Source: Nibricoccus sp. (GTDB lineage: Bacteria; Verrucomicrobiota; Verrucomicrobiia; Opitutales; Opitutaceae). From it: a stretch of 64,000 nucleotides of DNA. The stretch spans positions 320,001 through 384,000 of the forward strand of contig JASGHG010000001.1 in the NCBI GenBank assembly GCA_047602425.1, in the 5' to 3' direction. Positions 38,506 through 48,758 of this stretch are shown one piece after another. Made by a program: the position numbers and the translations under genes. Below the pieces are notes generated by a model. The model had not been told where the DNA came from, did not search any database, and worked only from the letters and a program-made list of their open reading frames with translations. Numbering within the stretch: position 1 is the first letter of the stretch; the number at the start of each line of letters is the position of its first letter.

Positions 38506-38994
38506 CTAAAAAATATCCATCAATGCCCGCAAATCCGGATCCTTATCCCATTCGTCCTCGAAGCCTTTGTCCAATTTGATGGCGCGTTTCAGTCGCTTGC
38601 CCGCCTCCTCCATGTAGCCCAAAAGGCAGGCGTAGCAGGCGAGGTTGTAGTGCAGGATCGCCGATTTGTGTCCGTACATTTTTTCAGCCCTCAGCAGGAC
38701 CGCCTCCGCTTCTTTGACACGCTGTAATTCCCGCAGTGCGTAAGCCCAGGAAATCCACAATTGCTCGTCCTCCGGCGTGAACTCGGCGATGGCCTCCGCG
38801 CGCCCCACGACGCCCTCCCACTGCTTCGCCTCCATTGCCAGGTCGACCCACACCCGTTGCACATCCAATGTTCCGTGGTCCTCCTTGTCGATAGCGTTAA
38901 GTTCGTCCTCCGCTTCCTTGATCATGCCAAGCCCAATGTAGCCTTTTGCATACTCGAGCCGCTTACCGGTGGAAATGGACGATCGAGAACTCAC
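38506..38994 (-). CDS. TPR-repeat protein
   Basis: WAYALREL, YNLACYACLLG..EEA..L..AI, DPDL. Confidence 0.85.
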   Translation of the reverse strand: MSSRSSISTGKRLEYAKGYIGLGMIKEAEDELNAIDKEDHGTLDVQRVWVDLAMEAKQWEGVVGRAEAIAEFTPEDEQLWISWAYALRELQRVKEAEAVLLRAEKMYGHKSAILHYNLACYACLLGYMEEAGKRLKRAIKLDKGFEDEWDKDPDLRALMDIF

Positions 38995-39219
38995 GACAAA
39001 TTCAATGGAAACGAAAAACCGACGGACGCAAGAACCGCTTATAGCTCTGCGTCATGGGGCGGCAAAACCAGATCCGGCATTTCTGCCCGGCTCCAACCCG
39101 GCGGGTTTCCTTGCGCGAGAGTCCGGAGAACTCCTACAGCTCTCCCAACAAGTGGCTGAAACAGAAGCCCGCGCCCAGTCTTGTCTTCGACGCAGCTTTC
39201 GGCTGTGCTCTTTGGCGTC

Positions 39220-39399
39220 ATGGCTCGGAAGCCTACTCGCGAAGAACAGCAACGCATGTGTACCGGCAAACGTCGTTACGCCTCCGATGTCGACGCCCTC
39301 GATGCCGCCCTGATGATCGGTGTCGAACGCACCCGCAAAGCCTACCGCTGCCCCCTTTGCCTGCGCTGGCACCTGACGACGACCCGGCCAAGTCGGTAA
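39220..39399 (+). CDS. Small putative zinc-binding protein (59 aa)
   Basis: C-TGKRRY ... AYRCPLCLRWHLT pattern (C...CxxC..H). Confidence 0.65.
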   Translation: MARKPTREEQQRMCTGKRRYASDVDALDAALMIGVERTRKAYRCPLCLRWHLTTTRPSR

Positions 39400-39687
39400 C
39401 TAAGTCGCCGGAAGTGGCGTTGTGGATTGACCGCCACCTTCCATCTCACGATTAAAATCTGCGGCGGCTGTGAAGGCTATTTACGACCATCGATTTCATT
39501 GCCGGACATGAGCGCCACCAGCGGCGAACGCCCGCCGCCACGTTGTGCGTCTCCGCCCGCGTTCGCCGATTCTTATCCCTTAAATCATTTTGCATAAGCC
39601 TGGCGAATATCCCAGCGCGCCTGAGGATTTTCCGGCCTTTTCCGCGTCAAGGCCCATGAGTTTTGTGACGAATAAAGCCATGCACTC

Positions 39688-41610
39688 ATGCATCACCATG
39701 GTTCCATCCGTTTCACTATTTCTCGTCGGCTTCTGCTGCTTACACTCATTCCTGTAGTAGGCTTGCTAAGCTTGGGGGGCTTCGCCTTCCAGTCGCTCTA
39801 CAAGTCTTTCAAAAACTTCGAGGACGACGCGGCCACTCTTGCGCTGTTTCAACAAGAGATCGTCGACCTCAATGCGTTCACCGCGCCGCTTCAGCGCGAA
39901 CGCGATGCCGCACTCGCCGTCTACGCCCATCGCGACGACCCGCAAGTCCTCGCCGCTTACCGCGCCACGTTTGCCGCCACCGATCGGACCATCGCCGATT
40001 TTCTCCGCCAACTTGACCAACTCGCCGACTCTCCGCGCAAAACTTTCTTCGCCGATAAAATCGCCGAAATCCGCATCCGTTTCGCCTCGCTCCTCCCCGA
40101 GGCCCGCGCCAACACCGAGGGCAATAAGGCCACCTCCGGGAAAACCTTCGGCATTTACCTACGCCTCGCCTTCGGCCGACTTCTTCTAACCGAATGCTAT
40201 CGGCCCATGCTCCTCACTTCCGATGGCATCAATGTCTTCGATGGTCTATTCACGCTGTTGAAAATCCAGCAGCAGGAAATCCTTGTCTGCTCGCTCCTCC
40301 TCCACGGCACCGCCAATGGAGGACTCCAGCGCGACGAACTCGTCAACCTTCGCAAACAATTTTTCGCCATCACCGAAAGCGAATACTACCTGCGCAAATA
40401 TCAGCCCGAAACCCGCGCCTTCTGGGACGACTCGGCCCGCAAATCCGCCGACGACGCGCCCTTCTACATCTACCTAACCAATCTCGCCGGCTCGCTCGCC
40501 GAAAACACTCCGCTTCCACCCTTCAAGCCGCAAGCCCGCACACTCCCCGACTACGTCGCCGACCACCTTTCCGTTTTCCCTAAGGTCTACGATTTCGGTT
40601 TCAACGTCGCACTGAACGCTCTCAACGCGAGCGCCAGTCAAAATCTCGGCCGCGCTGAAATCATTGGCGCTGTCATGGGTGCCGTCGTCCTCGCCAGCCT
40701 CGCAGCCGCGTTCCTCATCGTGCGCAGCACAAAGACGAACCTTGTCAACGTCTCCAAAAATATCGACGAAGCCTCCGACGACGTGCAGGCCGCCTCCGCC
40801 CAGCTCAGCGTCGCCGGCGACCGCATCTCGCGCGACGCCACCAGCTACGCCGCCGCCATCGAGCAGATCGGCGCCTCGCTCAACGAACTCTCCGCCACCG
40901 CCGAAACCAACCGCCGGCAAAGTGAAAAAGCCGCCGCGTCCACCACGCAAATCCGCACCTCCGTCGATACCGGCCTCGGCACAATCCAGGAACTGGATAC
41001 AGCCATGAACTCCGCCCGGGTTTCAGGTCAGAAAATCGTCCAGATCATTTCCCGCATCAACGACATTTCTTTTCAGACCAACCTCCTCGCGCTCAATGCC
41101 GCCGTTGAAGCCGCCCGAGCGGGAGCCGCTGGAGCCGGTTTCGCTGTCGTCGCCGACGAAGTCCGCCAACTCGCCAAACGCGCCGCCGAAGCCGCCAAGG
41201 AAACCGAACAGCTCATCAACGAATCCAGCCGCGACACCGCCACCGCCATTGGCAAATCCGACGAGCTCTCCAAAAATTTCAAGAGCCTCTCCCTCGGCAT
41301 TCACGAAGTGAACGAGATCGTTGCCGTCATCAACGCCAACATCGCCCAACAAACCTCCGGAATCGCCGACATCAACAACGCGGTCTCAAAGCAGGGCGAG
41401 ATCGCGCAAAGCATCGCCGCCGCCGCTGAGGAAACCGCCAGCACGGCCTTCTCGATGGAAAACCAGGTCGAAAGTCTGAAGCAAACCGTCGGCCGCCTCG
41501 ATTCCCTCCTTGGCACCGCAAAGGCTACCATCGGCGAACAAGCCACCGAAACCGAACCGCTCTCCCCCGCCACACCCCTGCCAGCCCGCGCAACCGCCAG
41601 CGCCCGCTGA
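39688..41610 (+). CDS. Methyl-accepting chemotaxis protein, possible NIT-type sensor domain
   Basis: Two TM helices; [37 protein letters not shown] motif at the start of the periplasmic domain. Confidence 0.9.
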   Translation: MHHHGSIRFTISRRLLLLTLIPVVGLLSLGGFAFQSLYKSFKNFEDDAATLALFQQEIVDLNAFTAPLQRERDAALAVYAHRDDPQVLAAYRATFAATDRTIADFLRQLDQLADSPRKTFFADKIAEIRIRFASLLPEARANTEGNKATSGKTFGIYLRLAFGRLLLTECYRPMLLTSDGINVFDGLFTLLKIQQQEILVCSLLLHGTANGGLQRDELVNLRKQFFAITESEYYLRKYQPETRAFWDDSARKSADDAPFYIYLTNLAGSLAENTPLPPFKPQARTLPDYVADHLSVFPKVYDFGFNVALNALNASASQNLGRAEIIGAVMGAVVLASLAAAFLIVRSTKTNLVNVSKNIDEASDDVQAASAQLSVAGDRISRDATSYAAAIEQIGASLNELSATAETNRRQSEKAAASTTQIRTSVDTGLGTIQELDTAMNSARVSGQKIVQIISRINDISFQTNLLALNAAVEAARAGAAGAGFAVVADEVRQLAKRAAEAAKETEQLINESSRDTATAIGKSDELSKNFKSLSLGIHEVNEIVAVINANIAQQTSGIADINNAVSKQGEIAQSIAAAAEETASTAFSMENQVESLKQTVGRLDSLLGTAKATIGEQATETEPLSPATPLPARATASAR

Positions 41611-41705
41611 CCGCCCCAATTTGTAGCCGCGGTCGTCGGCCACAATCGCTCATTCTACTCGCGTAATCTTGCAGCAAGCCCTCATCCGTACACTTCAACG
41701 AGAGC

Positions 41706-43487
41706 TCACGGTTCGATTTCGGAAACCTGTTCGATTGCTGTCAGGAACGCACTGACTTCGGGTGCAATTTCATCTAGTGTCATTTCTGCAGCTAACGCAG
41801 CAGCCGAAATAGAGCAGTTGAATTTTTCCGAGGTCCACCGGGAAAGCGCAGCGATCAATTCCGAACCGCAAACACGGTCTACTGCTCTCCCCTCCGACCA
41901 CTCTCGGTCAATGTACTTCACTGCGGTCGTTGCTGCGAGCCCTGCATTGAATTTTTCGCGATCCCACTTTTTGGCTTCTGCCATGTGAGCCTCAACAGTC
42001 GCTTCCTCAGTGGCCCGACGTAAGTCATCGCACGCTTTTCGAATAGCTTCTTCGACTGCCTCGATAGTAACGGCCTTACCAGATTTCCTTTCGATGAGTC
42101 GTTGGATCGTAGACGGCACAACTAAATAATTTTCGATCTCTTTCCGTCTCCAAATATGCAAGCAAACTCCGGAGTCCTTTGCCTCGTCGTATCGCGCATC
42201 GATTTCTTTTCCCGAATGAAAATCAGAGTCGAGAAGACAGTATATCTTGATCGTTCGATCCGTTACCTTGCGCATCATCATGCCAACACCTTTCGCAGAC
42301 GACCAACCTGTCCATCCGCCAACGGACATCCGTGGCAACCCACCGATTGGGCAATGTGAATGCGGGAAAAGTGTGTCGTGCCAACGACGAAGATACTGCT
42401 CATCCTGCCCTTCAAGCATAAGGAAAAGGCGAGAAGAGGAAAGCCGCGCCAAAGAGATATTGTGAATACTTCCGAGCAGCTCTACAACCTGCTGCAGTCC
42501 CGGAAGTGTATCAGCAAATGGGGACTGCCGCTCTCTACGATCAACGAGGAGCACATCACTAGGTTCAACCTCCGCCATAATTTCGGTGGAATGTGTAGCC
42601 ACTAGTAGTTGTCTCCCAGCTTGCGACTTTAGGTTACGAATTAAACGGCGTTGCACGTCGGGATGCATGTACACGTCCGGTTCGTCGAGAACGATACATT
42701 CCGCCTCCGCATTTCGCGCGAGAAACCAAGCCATCTGTAGCCAGACCTGTAGTCCGTGCCCCATGCAATCAATCTCGTCCGAAAAATCGTTGTCGCGGAC
42801 GATCAGAGAGATTTTTGACTTTGAGGGGTTTAACGTAGAGCGATCTTTCTCAAGAGCGATAATCTGCAGTGATGGCCACCCAAGTTCAGCTATCCTTTTG
42901 AATTCTCCAAAACTTTCATCGTAAAGTAGACTCAGTTGGTTCCTAAAGTGCAGCGAAGATCGATTGGTATCGATGCAGTTTCGAACGTACTGTTCATCTA
43001 ACTCTCGAGTTTCGGATCTTAACGGGCCAATCGAGCCCATAGTGCTAACTAACGGCAGCACTAGCTTCCGTAGCTGGCTATTACGCTGCACCAATTTTTT
43101 CGAGCTGTCCCTAAGCAAAGCATGCATTTCAATTTCTCCACGGTGGTCGCCCAAATAGATGGTCACGGAAGTTCCTGTCGTAAACTTCGCCGTGAGGACT
43201 GCTGGCGCTTCACGCCGCTGGAAATGTAGCGGACCACCATTCAACTGGAACCCTGTAAGTGATGGCGAGATTCCTACTCCAATCAGAGGAATATTGTCCA
43301 ACCACGGCGGAGCATCTCGCAAATTTTGGTTTCGATATTTTCGTGTCACCAAACTAACCAACCTCAATGCTTCGACTATCGTCGATTTACCGGCGTTATT
43401 CCGGCCTACGACAATCGTCCGGTTTCGAAAAGGAACAATATGATCCTCGAACCCTCGAAAATTCTGGAGGCGGAGCGACTCGATCAT
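41706..43487 (-). CDS. OLD-family-like ABC ATPase-TOPRIM nuclease
   Basis: NFRGF, GRNNAGKST, MGHG, VLDEPDVYMHP, ATHS; TOPRIM LEGQDE and LLDSD. Confidence 0.85.
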   Translation of the reverse strand: MIESLRLQNFRGFEDHIVPFRNRTIVVGRNNAGKSTIVEALRLVSLVTRKYRNQNLRDAPPWLDNIPLIGVGISPSLTGFQLNGGPLHFQRREAPAVLTAKFTTGTSVTIYLGDHRGEIEMHALLRDSSKKLVQRNSQLRKLVLPLVSTMGSIGPLRSETRELDEQYVRNCIDTNRSSLHFRNQLSLLYDESFGEFKRIAELGWPSLQIIALEKDRSTLNPSKSKISLIVRDNDFSDEIDCMGHGLQVWLQMAWFLARNAEAECIVLDEPDVYMHPDVQRRLIRNLKSQAGRQLLVATHSTEIMAEVEPSDVLLVDRRERQSPFADTLPGLQQVVELLGSIHNISLARLSSSRLFLMLEGQDEQYLRRWHDTLFPHSHCPIGGLPRMSVGGWTGWSSAKGVGMMMRKVTDRTIKIYCLLDSDFHSGKEIDARYDEAKDSGVCLHIWRRKEIENYLVVPSTIQRLIERKSGKAVTIEAVEEAIRKACDDLRRATEEATVEAHMAEAKKWDREKFNAGLAATTAVKYIDREWSEGRAVDRVCGSELIAALSRWTSEKFNCSISAAALAAEMTLDEIAPEVSAFLTAIEQVSEIEP

Positions 43488-43609
43488 CAGTTATCGATGG
43501 AATGTGGAAGCCGTGAAAAAACGCAATGTCGCTTTGTCAAAATTCAGGAGTAAGGGTTAACAAAATGATACTAGATATCGCCTCCTGATGAAATGCCATC
43601 ACACCGCCT

Positions 43610-44320
43610 ATGACCCCACCCTCCCCTCCGCCTGACTATCCACGCGTCAAGCGGGTGCAGAGTTTTCATGAGCTGGTCACCACGCGGTTCGCGGATGGCG
43701 TCAATGCCCTTTGCTGGGCGCGCACGTTACCGGGCAATTTCGGCGAGGTCCTGCAACATCTGGACGACACCGAGGCCATCGTCACGCTCGACGAGGCACG
43801 GCTTTTAGCTCTTCCCGTGAGTTCGTCCGGACGGGTAGCCATCGATATTCTCCTCGCCGACCTACGGCGGCTCCGCGAGTACGACCTCGCTCCCGTGCTC
43901 AACTGCATCAACGCCTACCCACGCGACGAACAGCCGGGGCCTGTGCGCACGGACGTGTTTTCCTACCACGCCGACAGCGCCACGACCGAGGCCGACACGT
44001 ACCTTTGCACGTACCACGGGCCGTCGAGCGAAGGCCTGCGCAACGAAGAAGCGCGACGCCGCGTGGACATCCCCGAAACGCGCGCCGAACTCCTCAAACT
44101 CCACGGCGGAGAAGACGACGATGACTTCCGCGCCTTCCTGAAAGAAAACTGCTACGATCTGCACTACGCCCCGCTTCCGTCGGCCCAGCCATATTCCTTT
44201 GGCCTCGGCAACCTCTGGCGCATCGCCTGCGAATATCCCGGCAGCCCCGTCCCGCCCTGCATCCACCGCGCTCCCGAAACCATTCACAACCGGCAACGAC
44301 GGCTGCTGCTCATCAGTTAG
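43610..44320 (+). CDS. DUF1826-like protein
   Basis: NALCWARTL.G.F, SYHAD, LCTYHG, PCIHRAP, RLLLIS. Confidence 0.75.
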   Translation: MTPPSPPPDYPRVKRVQSFHELVTTRFADGVNALCWARTLPGNFGEVLQHLDDTEAIVTLDEARLLALPVSSSGRVAIDILLADLRRLREYDLAPVLNCINAYPRDEQPGPVRTDVFSYHADSATTEADTYLCTYHGPSSEGLRNEEARRRVDIPETRAELLKLHGGEDDDDFRAFLKENCYDLHYAPLPSAQPYSFGLGNLWRIACEYPGSPVPPCIHRAPETIHNRQRRLLLIS

Positions 44321-44324
44321 GGCA

Positions 44325-44500
44325 ACTCCGTTGTGCATTTCCGTTGGAATTAGCGTCCCTCAGCGTTCATTAGCGGTCCCTAAAAGATCGTCTTACTCGA
44401 ACCAGCGCGCCGGGACGGCCCGCTCCACCTTACAATCAGTGCCAACAAGCGCTAATCAGTGGTTCCCCCTCTCCGTTTCCTCCGTTACCTCCTGTAAAAT
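44325..44500. repeat. Cluster of short intergenic repeat modules
   Basis: ATTAGCGT..CAGCGTTCATTAGCGG, a REP-like GCGCGCCGGGACGGCCCGCTCCACC, ATCAGTG..ATCAGTG and CTCCGTTTCCTCCGTTACCTCCTGT. Confidence 0.5.
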
Positions 44501-44664
44501 GGTTCGATATGTTCGATTGATCGCTGAGTCCGCAAACGCCCTTTCCCGTCCCCTCCAATGCAAGCCAAAGTTATTCACCGGCGGCCCACAACTTACTCAC
44601 TTAGCGTTGTCGGTGAACAAGTTGTGAGGAAGAAATCCTTTCTTTTTCGAGGCAAATCGCGGAT

Positions 44665-45550
44665 ACTCATTCCCGTTCCTTGATAGAACAGCCGCAAGCG
44701 CGGCGGACCTGAAAAACCCGCCGATGGCACGACTGGGATAATCCCGGGCAACCGGGGAAAAGAGCGTCGAAGCTGGTTCGGCCCTCTCCTCCGCAGGCGA
44801 GTGATCGCCGCGAGAAGGCATATATCACCAGCTCCTCTGGTCGGGGTCGTGCCCGCACCAGTTAACAACACGAATCAGGAGCTGAGCGGCGAGCCGCGAA
44901 CTAAGAAACCGCGTGCGAGTCGAGTCAGGTTCGGAGACCGTTTCGATCTCCGCACTGATACCGTCACCCAGAGGGTTATGGCTGCTACGGTAGCACCAGC
45001 ACGCGATGGCGTTTCCCGGCGGGACCACCCCGCCAAAAGGCCCCGGTCTCTCGCAGGATCGGGGCGCGCAAAGGAAACGAAATCGCGGGGAATGAGCGAA
45101 CCTGGCAAAGTTCGTAAACGTTCCTGATTGGGGCGGCGTGAAAAACCACGTCACCCAACTGCAAAACGAAAAAGCAGCCTGAGAGTTAAGAGGTCAGACC
45201 CGTCCCGCGAGGCCAACGTACAGCCAAAAACTGCAGCCGTCCTCGTGGAATCGGTGCCGACGCGAAAGTAACCATTGCAGGCGTGTCAGCACCCTGTCCG
45301 GCGCGCGGCTCTCGGCAGAGAGCTTCCGAACCGGGCAAAGAGGCCTCACTCGAAAAACAGCGGCCGGCAACGGCCGATGCGGTCCCGCCATGAGACCGAA
45401 ACCTTCGCACTGCCGCGAAGAGTGGCGTCGGGGAACTTGCGGCCCGCGAAAGCGAGGCGCCCAACGCAAGTGCACGGGAAAGAGAGCGTGGCGAGCTCCA
45501 ACCCCCAATTAGGGCCCGCAGGACTTCGGTTCTGCGGGCCTTATTGTTTT
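44665..45550 (+). ncRNA. Large structured non-coding RNA, about 0.9 kb (candidate MISL-type)
   Basis: No credible ORF; many hairpins capped by GNRA/UNCG loops on the + strand, long-range helices, terminal terminator (see findings). Confidence 0.75.
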
Positions 45551-45551
45551 T
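45511..45551 (+). terminator. Rho-independent terminator of the large RNA
   Basis: AGGGCCCGCAGGAC-TTCG-GTTCTGCGGGCCTT then ATTGTTTTT. Confidence 0.85.
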
Positions 45552-45653
45552 AGACATAAACAAGTGGTTCGGCGAGGCCCTCGCTTCCACTCCTTCATCT
45601 TTATCGTTCTCTTTATCTTTCCCCCAATCGCAACTCTCCTAAAAGCCAAAACC

Positions 45654-45737
45654 TTTTTACAGAAGGAAACAGAGACAACAGAGCAATCCATCCGAAATTC
45701 CGACTCCTCCGTTTCCTCGGTTTCCCTTCCGTTCAAA
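45654..45737. repeat. Intergenic ACAGAG/CTCYGT inverted-repeat element, copy 2
   Basis: TTTTTACAGAAGGAAACAGAGACAACAGAG ... CTCCGTTTCCTCGGTTTCCCTTCCGTTCAAA. Confidence 0.7.
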
Positions 45738-45930
45738 CCGGGGCCGCCGCTTCATCCCGCCAAATAGCCTGTTTGCCCGCAAGTGGACCCTTTCTCTACC
45801 CAAAAATCTCCTCGCGACGCGGAACGGGGCTTTTATGTTTAGGTCTCATTGCAAGGGCGTGTAACAATCCCTAGGCGAACTTGGTCTGGGGGAGTTATCG
45901 CCCGGTCAGCCTAACTACACAACGAACACT

Positions 45931-46630
45931 ATGAAACTCCCCTCGCTTACTCTTCGCATCAGCGCTTTGCTGGCTCTGCCTTGGCCTTCCGCTGATTGCT
46001 CAAGCCCGCTCCGGCATCATTCCGTCACCCCGCGGCAGCGAAACCGAATTCCACGTCGAGGTCGGTTTAACTTATGTCTCAGGCGTGGATAATGTTATCG
46101 ATCAGTTGAAAACAAACTACCGTTTCGAAGACGACGGATCCTTTCCCGTCGGCCTGAAGATCAGCGGTTACGCCAAACTCGCCAATGGTTTCGCCTTCGG
46201 CGGCGGCATCGGACCCAGCCAGTATTTCCGCGTTCGCACCGGCCATCCCCGCGGTTATTATTACTACGATGGTTATTACTACGACGGATATTATTACCAA
46301 GGCGGCTACTACTATTACGATGATTACGAAACCAGTTACATCGTTCCGATATTCGCCGACGTCCGCTATTACTTTCCTAAAAACGACATCCTGACGCCGT
46401 ACGTTCGCGCTGGCATCGCTTATCCGATTTCCGGTGGCGATCATCTTAACGGCGGCGTGCCCGGCGCCATCGGTGCGGTCGGCGCCAGCTTCCTCGAAAC
46501 CCGTTATTTTTCGATGGGCGTGGAACTCGGTTTCGACTCTTCCCGCGTGGAAGTGAAGTCCGGCCCCTTCCATCCCAAGGAAAAAGTTCGCCCTACCGAG
46601 TGGACGCTCGGCGTCTTCGCGACGTTCTGA
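45931..46630 (+). CDS. Outer-membrane beta-barrel protein, frameshifted in the signal-peptide region
   Basis: ATG 45931 is out of frame by +1 with LGLPLIAQA-RSG...; amphipathic strands, PYVRAG, C-terminal VFATF. Confidence 0.7.
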
Positions 46631-46646
46631 AAAATCTCCTAACCAC

Positions 46647-46683
46647 AGCCCGGCCGCGTGTTGCGCAGCCGGGCTTTTTTATT
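46647..46683 (+). terminator. Rho-independent terminator
   Basis: AGCCCGGC...GCCGGGCT-TTTTT. Confidence 0.8.
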
Positions 46684-46793
46684 TCCTTACGCCAAAGTGA
46701 CGTTCCTGCGGCATTCCCGCCTTCGGCCTTGCCAAGCAGGCCGGCCCCACGCACGTTCTACCCTTTTTCCGAAATCGAAAGCTCGTCCGAGAT

Positions 46794-48626
46794 ATGAACC
46801 AGAACATCCGTAACATCGCCATCATTGCCCACGTCGACCATGGCAAGACCACGCTCGTCGACCAACTTCTCAAAGAAGGCGGCGTCTTCCGCGCCAACCA
46901 ACAGGTCGCCGAACGCGCCATGGATTCCATGGATCTCGAACGCGAAAAGGGCATCACGATCAAAGCCAAGAACACGTCGGTTCACTGGAAGGACAAAATC
47001 ATCAACATCGTCGACACCCCAGGACACGCGGACTTCGGCGGCGAAGTCGAACGCGCCCTACGCATGGTCGATGGTGTGCTCCTCGTAGTTGACGCTTATG
47101 ACGGTCCTCAGGCCCAGACTCGTTTCGTGCTCCGCAAGGCTCTCGCGCATGGCCTCAAGGTCGTGATCGTCATCAACAAGATTGATCGCGAAAACGCCGA
47201 CCCGAAGAAGATGTACGAAAAGGTCCTCGAACTCCTTCTCGAACTCAACGCCACCGAGGAACAGTTCGACGCCCCGGTCGTTTACGGTTCCGGCCGCGAC
47301 GGCTACATGATGCGCAAGCTCGACGATGAAAAGAAAAACATGGCACCACTCTTCGAGTGCATCCTCGAGCACGTTCCGCCTCCGTTCGCCCGCCCGAACC
47401 AGCCGTTCCACATGCTGGTGTCCAACATCGACTGGAGCGACTACGTCGGCCGTATCGCCATCGGCAAGGTCCTTGGCGGTAAAGCCCGGTTGGGCGATCC
47501 CGTATTCGTTATCCGCCATTCGGACGGCAAACGCGCCCGCGCCAAGATCACCCAGGTTTTCGAATACTCCGGCCTCGGCACCGTCGGTTCCGAAGTCGCT
47601 GACGCCGGCCACATCGTCGGCCTCGCCGGCTTCGAGGATATCGACATCGGCGACACCATTGCCGCCAACGAAGACGCCCACGCGCTGCCCTTCACCCAAA
47701 TCGACCCGCCGACGCTCGAAATGCAGTTCTGCGTCAACGACGGTCCGCTCGTCGGCCAGGAAGGCAAGCTCGTCACCTCACGCCAGCTTCGCGAACGTCT
47801 GATGCGCGAACTGAAGACCAACGTTTCCATTCACATTGAAGACTCCGACAAAGCCGGCGTCTTCAACGTCAAGGCCCGCGGCGCCATGCAGGTTGCCGTG
47901 CTCGTCGAAACGATGCGTCGCGAAGGATTCGAACTCCTCGTCTCCCGCCCGACCGTCATCGAAAAGAAGGGCCCCAATGGCGAACGTCTCGAACCCTACG
48001 AAACCGTCTGGATCGAAATTCCCGACGAATGCGTCGGCGCCATCATGCAGAATCTGGCCAACCGCAAAGGCCAGATGACGAACATGGAAAAGCTCCCGCA
48101 CTCGACCATGATCGAGGCCACGATCACCACCCGCGGTTTGATCGGCATGGAAATCGACGTCGTCAATGCCACCAGCGGCCGCGGCGTGCTCAGCCATCTC
48201 TTTAAAGAATACGGCCCCTACGCTGGCGAAGTCCTCACCCGCATCACCGGCACCCTCATCGCCACCGACGCTGGCGAAACCACGGCTTACGCCTTGGTGA
48301 TGGTTCAGGAACGCGGCAAGCTCTTCGTCAGCCCGGGCGAACAGGTCTACGAAGGCATGATCGTTGGCGAAAATCCGCGTAACGAAGACATCGCCTGCAA
48401 TGCCGTCCGCGAAAAGAAGCTGACCAACTTCCGCTCTCAAGGCGAAGGTGTTGCCGCGAGCCTCACGCCCGCGACGAAGCTCTCGCTCGAACGCGCGATC
48501 GAGTACATTGCCTCCGACGAATTCGTCGAGGTCACTCCGAAAAATCTCCGTCTGCGCAAGCGCATCCTCGACAATGGCGCCCGCCAAAAGGCGATGAAGT
48601 CGCTCAAAGCCCAAGCCGCCGAGTAA
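46794..48626 (+). CDS. typA: Translational GTPase TypA/BipA
   Basis: [49 protein letters not shown]. Confidence 0.97.
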   Translation: MNQNIRNIAIIAHVDHGKTTLVDQLLKEGGVFRANQQVAERAMDSMDLEREKGITIKAKNTSVHWKDKIINIVDTPGHADFGGEVERALRMVDGVLLVVDAYDGPQAQTRFVLRKALAHGLKVVIVINKIDRENADPKKMYEKVLELLLELNATEEQFDAPVVYGSGRDGYMMRKLDDEKKNMAPLFECILEHVPPPFARPNQPFHMLVSNIDWSDYVGRIAIGKVLGGKARLGDPVFVIRHSDGKRARAKITQVFEYSGLGTVGSEVADAGHIVGLAGFEDIDIGDTIAANEDAHALPFTQIDPPTLEMQFCVNDGPLVGQEGKLVTSRQLRERLMRELKTNVSIHIEDSDKAGVFNVKARGAMQVAVLVETMRREGFELLVSRPTVIEKKGPNGERLEPYETVWIEIPDECVGAIMQNLANRKGQMTNMEKLPHSTMIEATITTRGLIGMEIDVVNATSGRGVLSHLFKEYGPYAGEVLTRITGTLIATDAGETTAYALVMVQERGKLFVSPGEQVYEGMIVGENPRNEDIACNAVREKKLTNFRSQGEGVAASLTPATKLSLERAIEYIASDEFVEVTPKNLRLRKRILDNGARQKAMKSLKAQAAE

Positions 48627-48663
48627 TTGTAGCCGCGGCCTTAAGCCGCGATTCACCTCTTCC

Positions 48664-48693
48664 AAGCCCGCACTGCAACGTGCGGGCTTTTTT
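48664..48693 (+). terminator. Rho-independent terminator of typA
   Basis: AAGCCCGCAC-tgcaac-GTGCGGGCTT-TTTT. Confidence 0.85.
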
Positions 48694-48758
48694 GTTCGTG
48701 TCGTTGACCAGCGAGCAAAACAACTCGAATCGCCCAAACATTCCGACAATATGCCGGC

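Noticed and set aside
44565..44632. Replication origin from DnaA-box-like 9-mers
   Set aside because: All have two or more mismatches to TTATCCACA, and there is no AT-rich unwinding element or dnaA context.
44665..45550. RNase P RNA, tmRNA, rRNA fragment or group II intron
   Set aside because: I could not find the RNase P GAGGAAAGUCC motif, tmRNA tRNA-like ends with CCA, rRNA signatures or a group II domain V; there is no interrupted host gene.
41706..45550. Retron-like system (ATPase-TOPRIM effector plus ncRNA)
   Set aside because: No reverse transcriptase in the window; the genes are divergent and separated by an unrelated gene.
44593..45590. Short ORFs on both strands in the structured region
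   Set aside because: Mutually overlapping, Arg/Pro/Ser-rich and without motifs; better explained as by-products of GC-rich stems.
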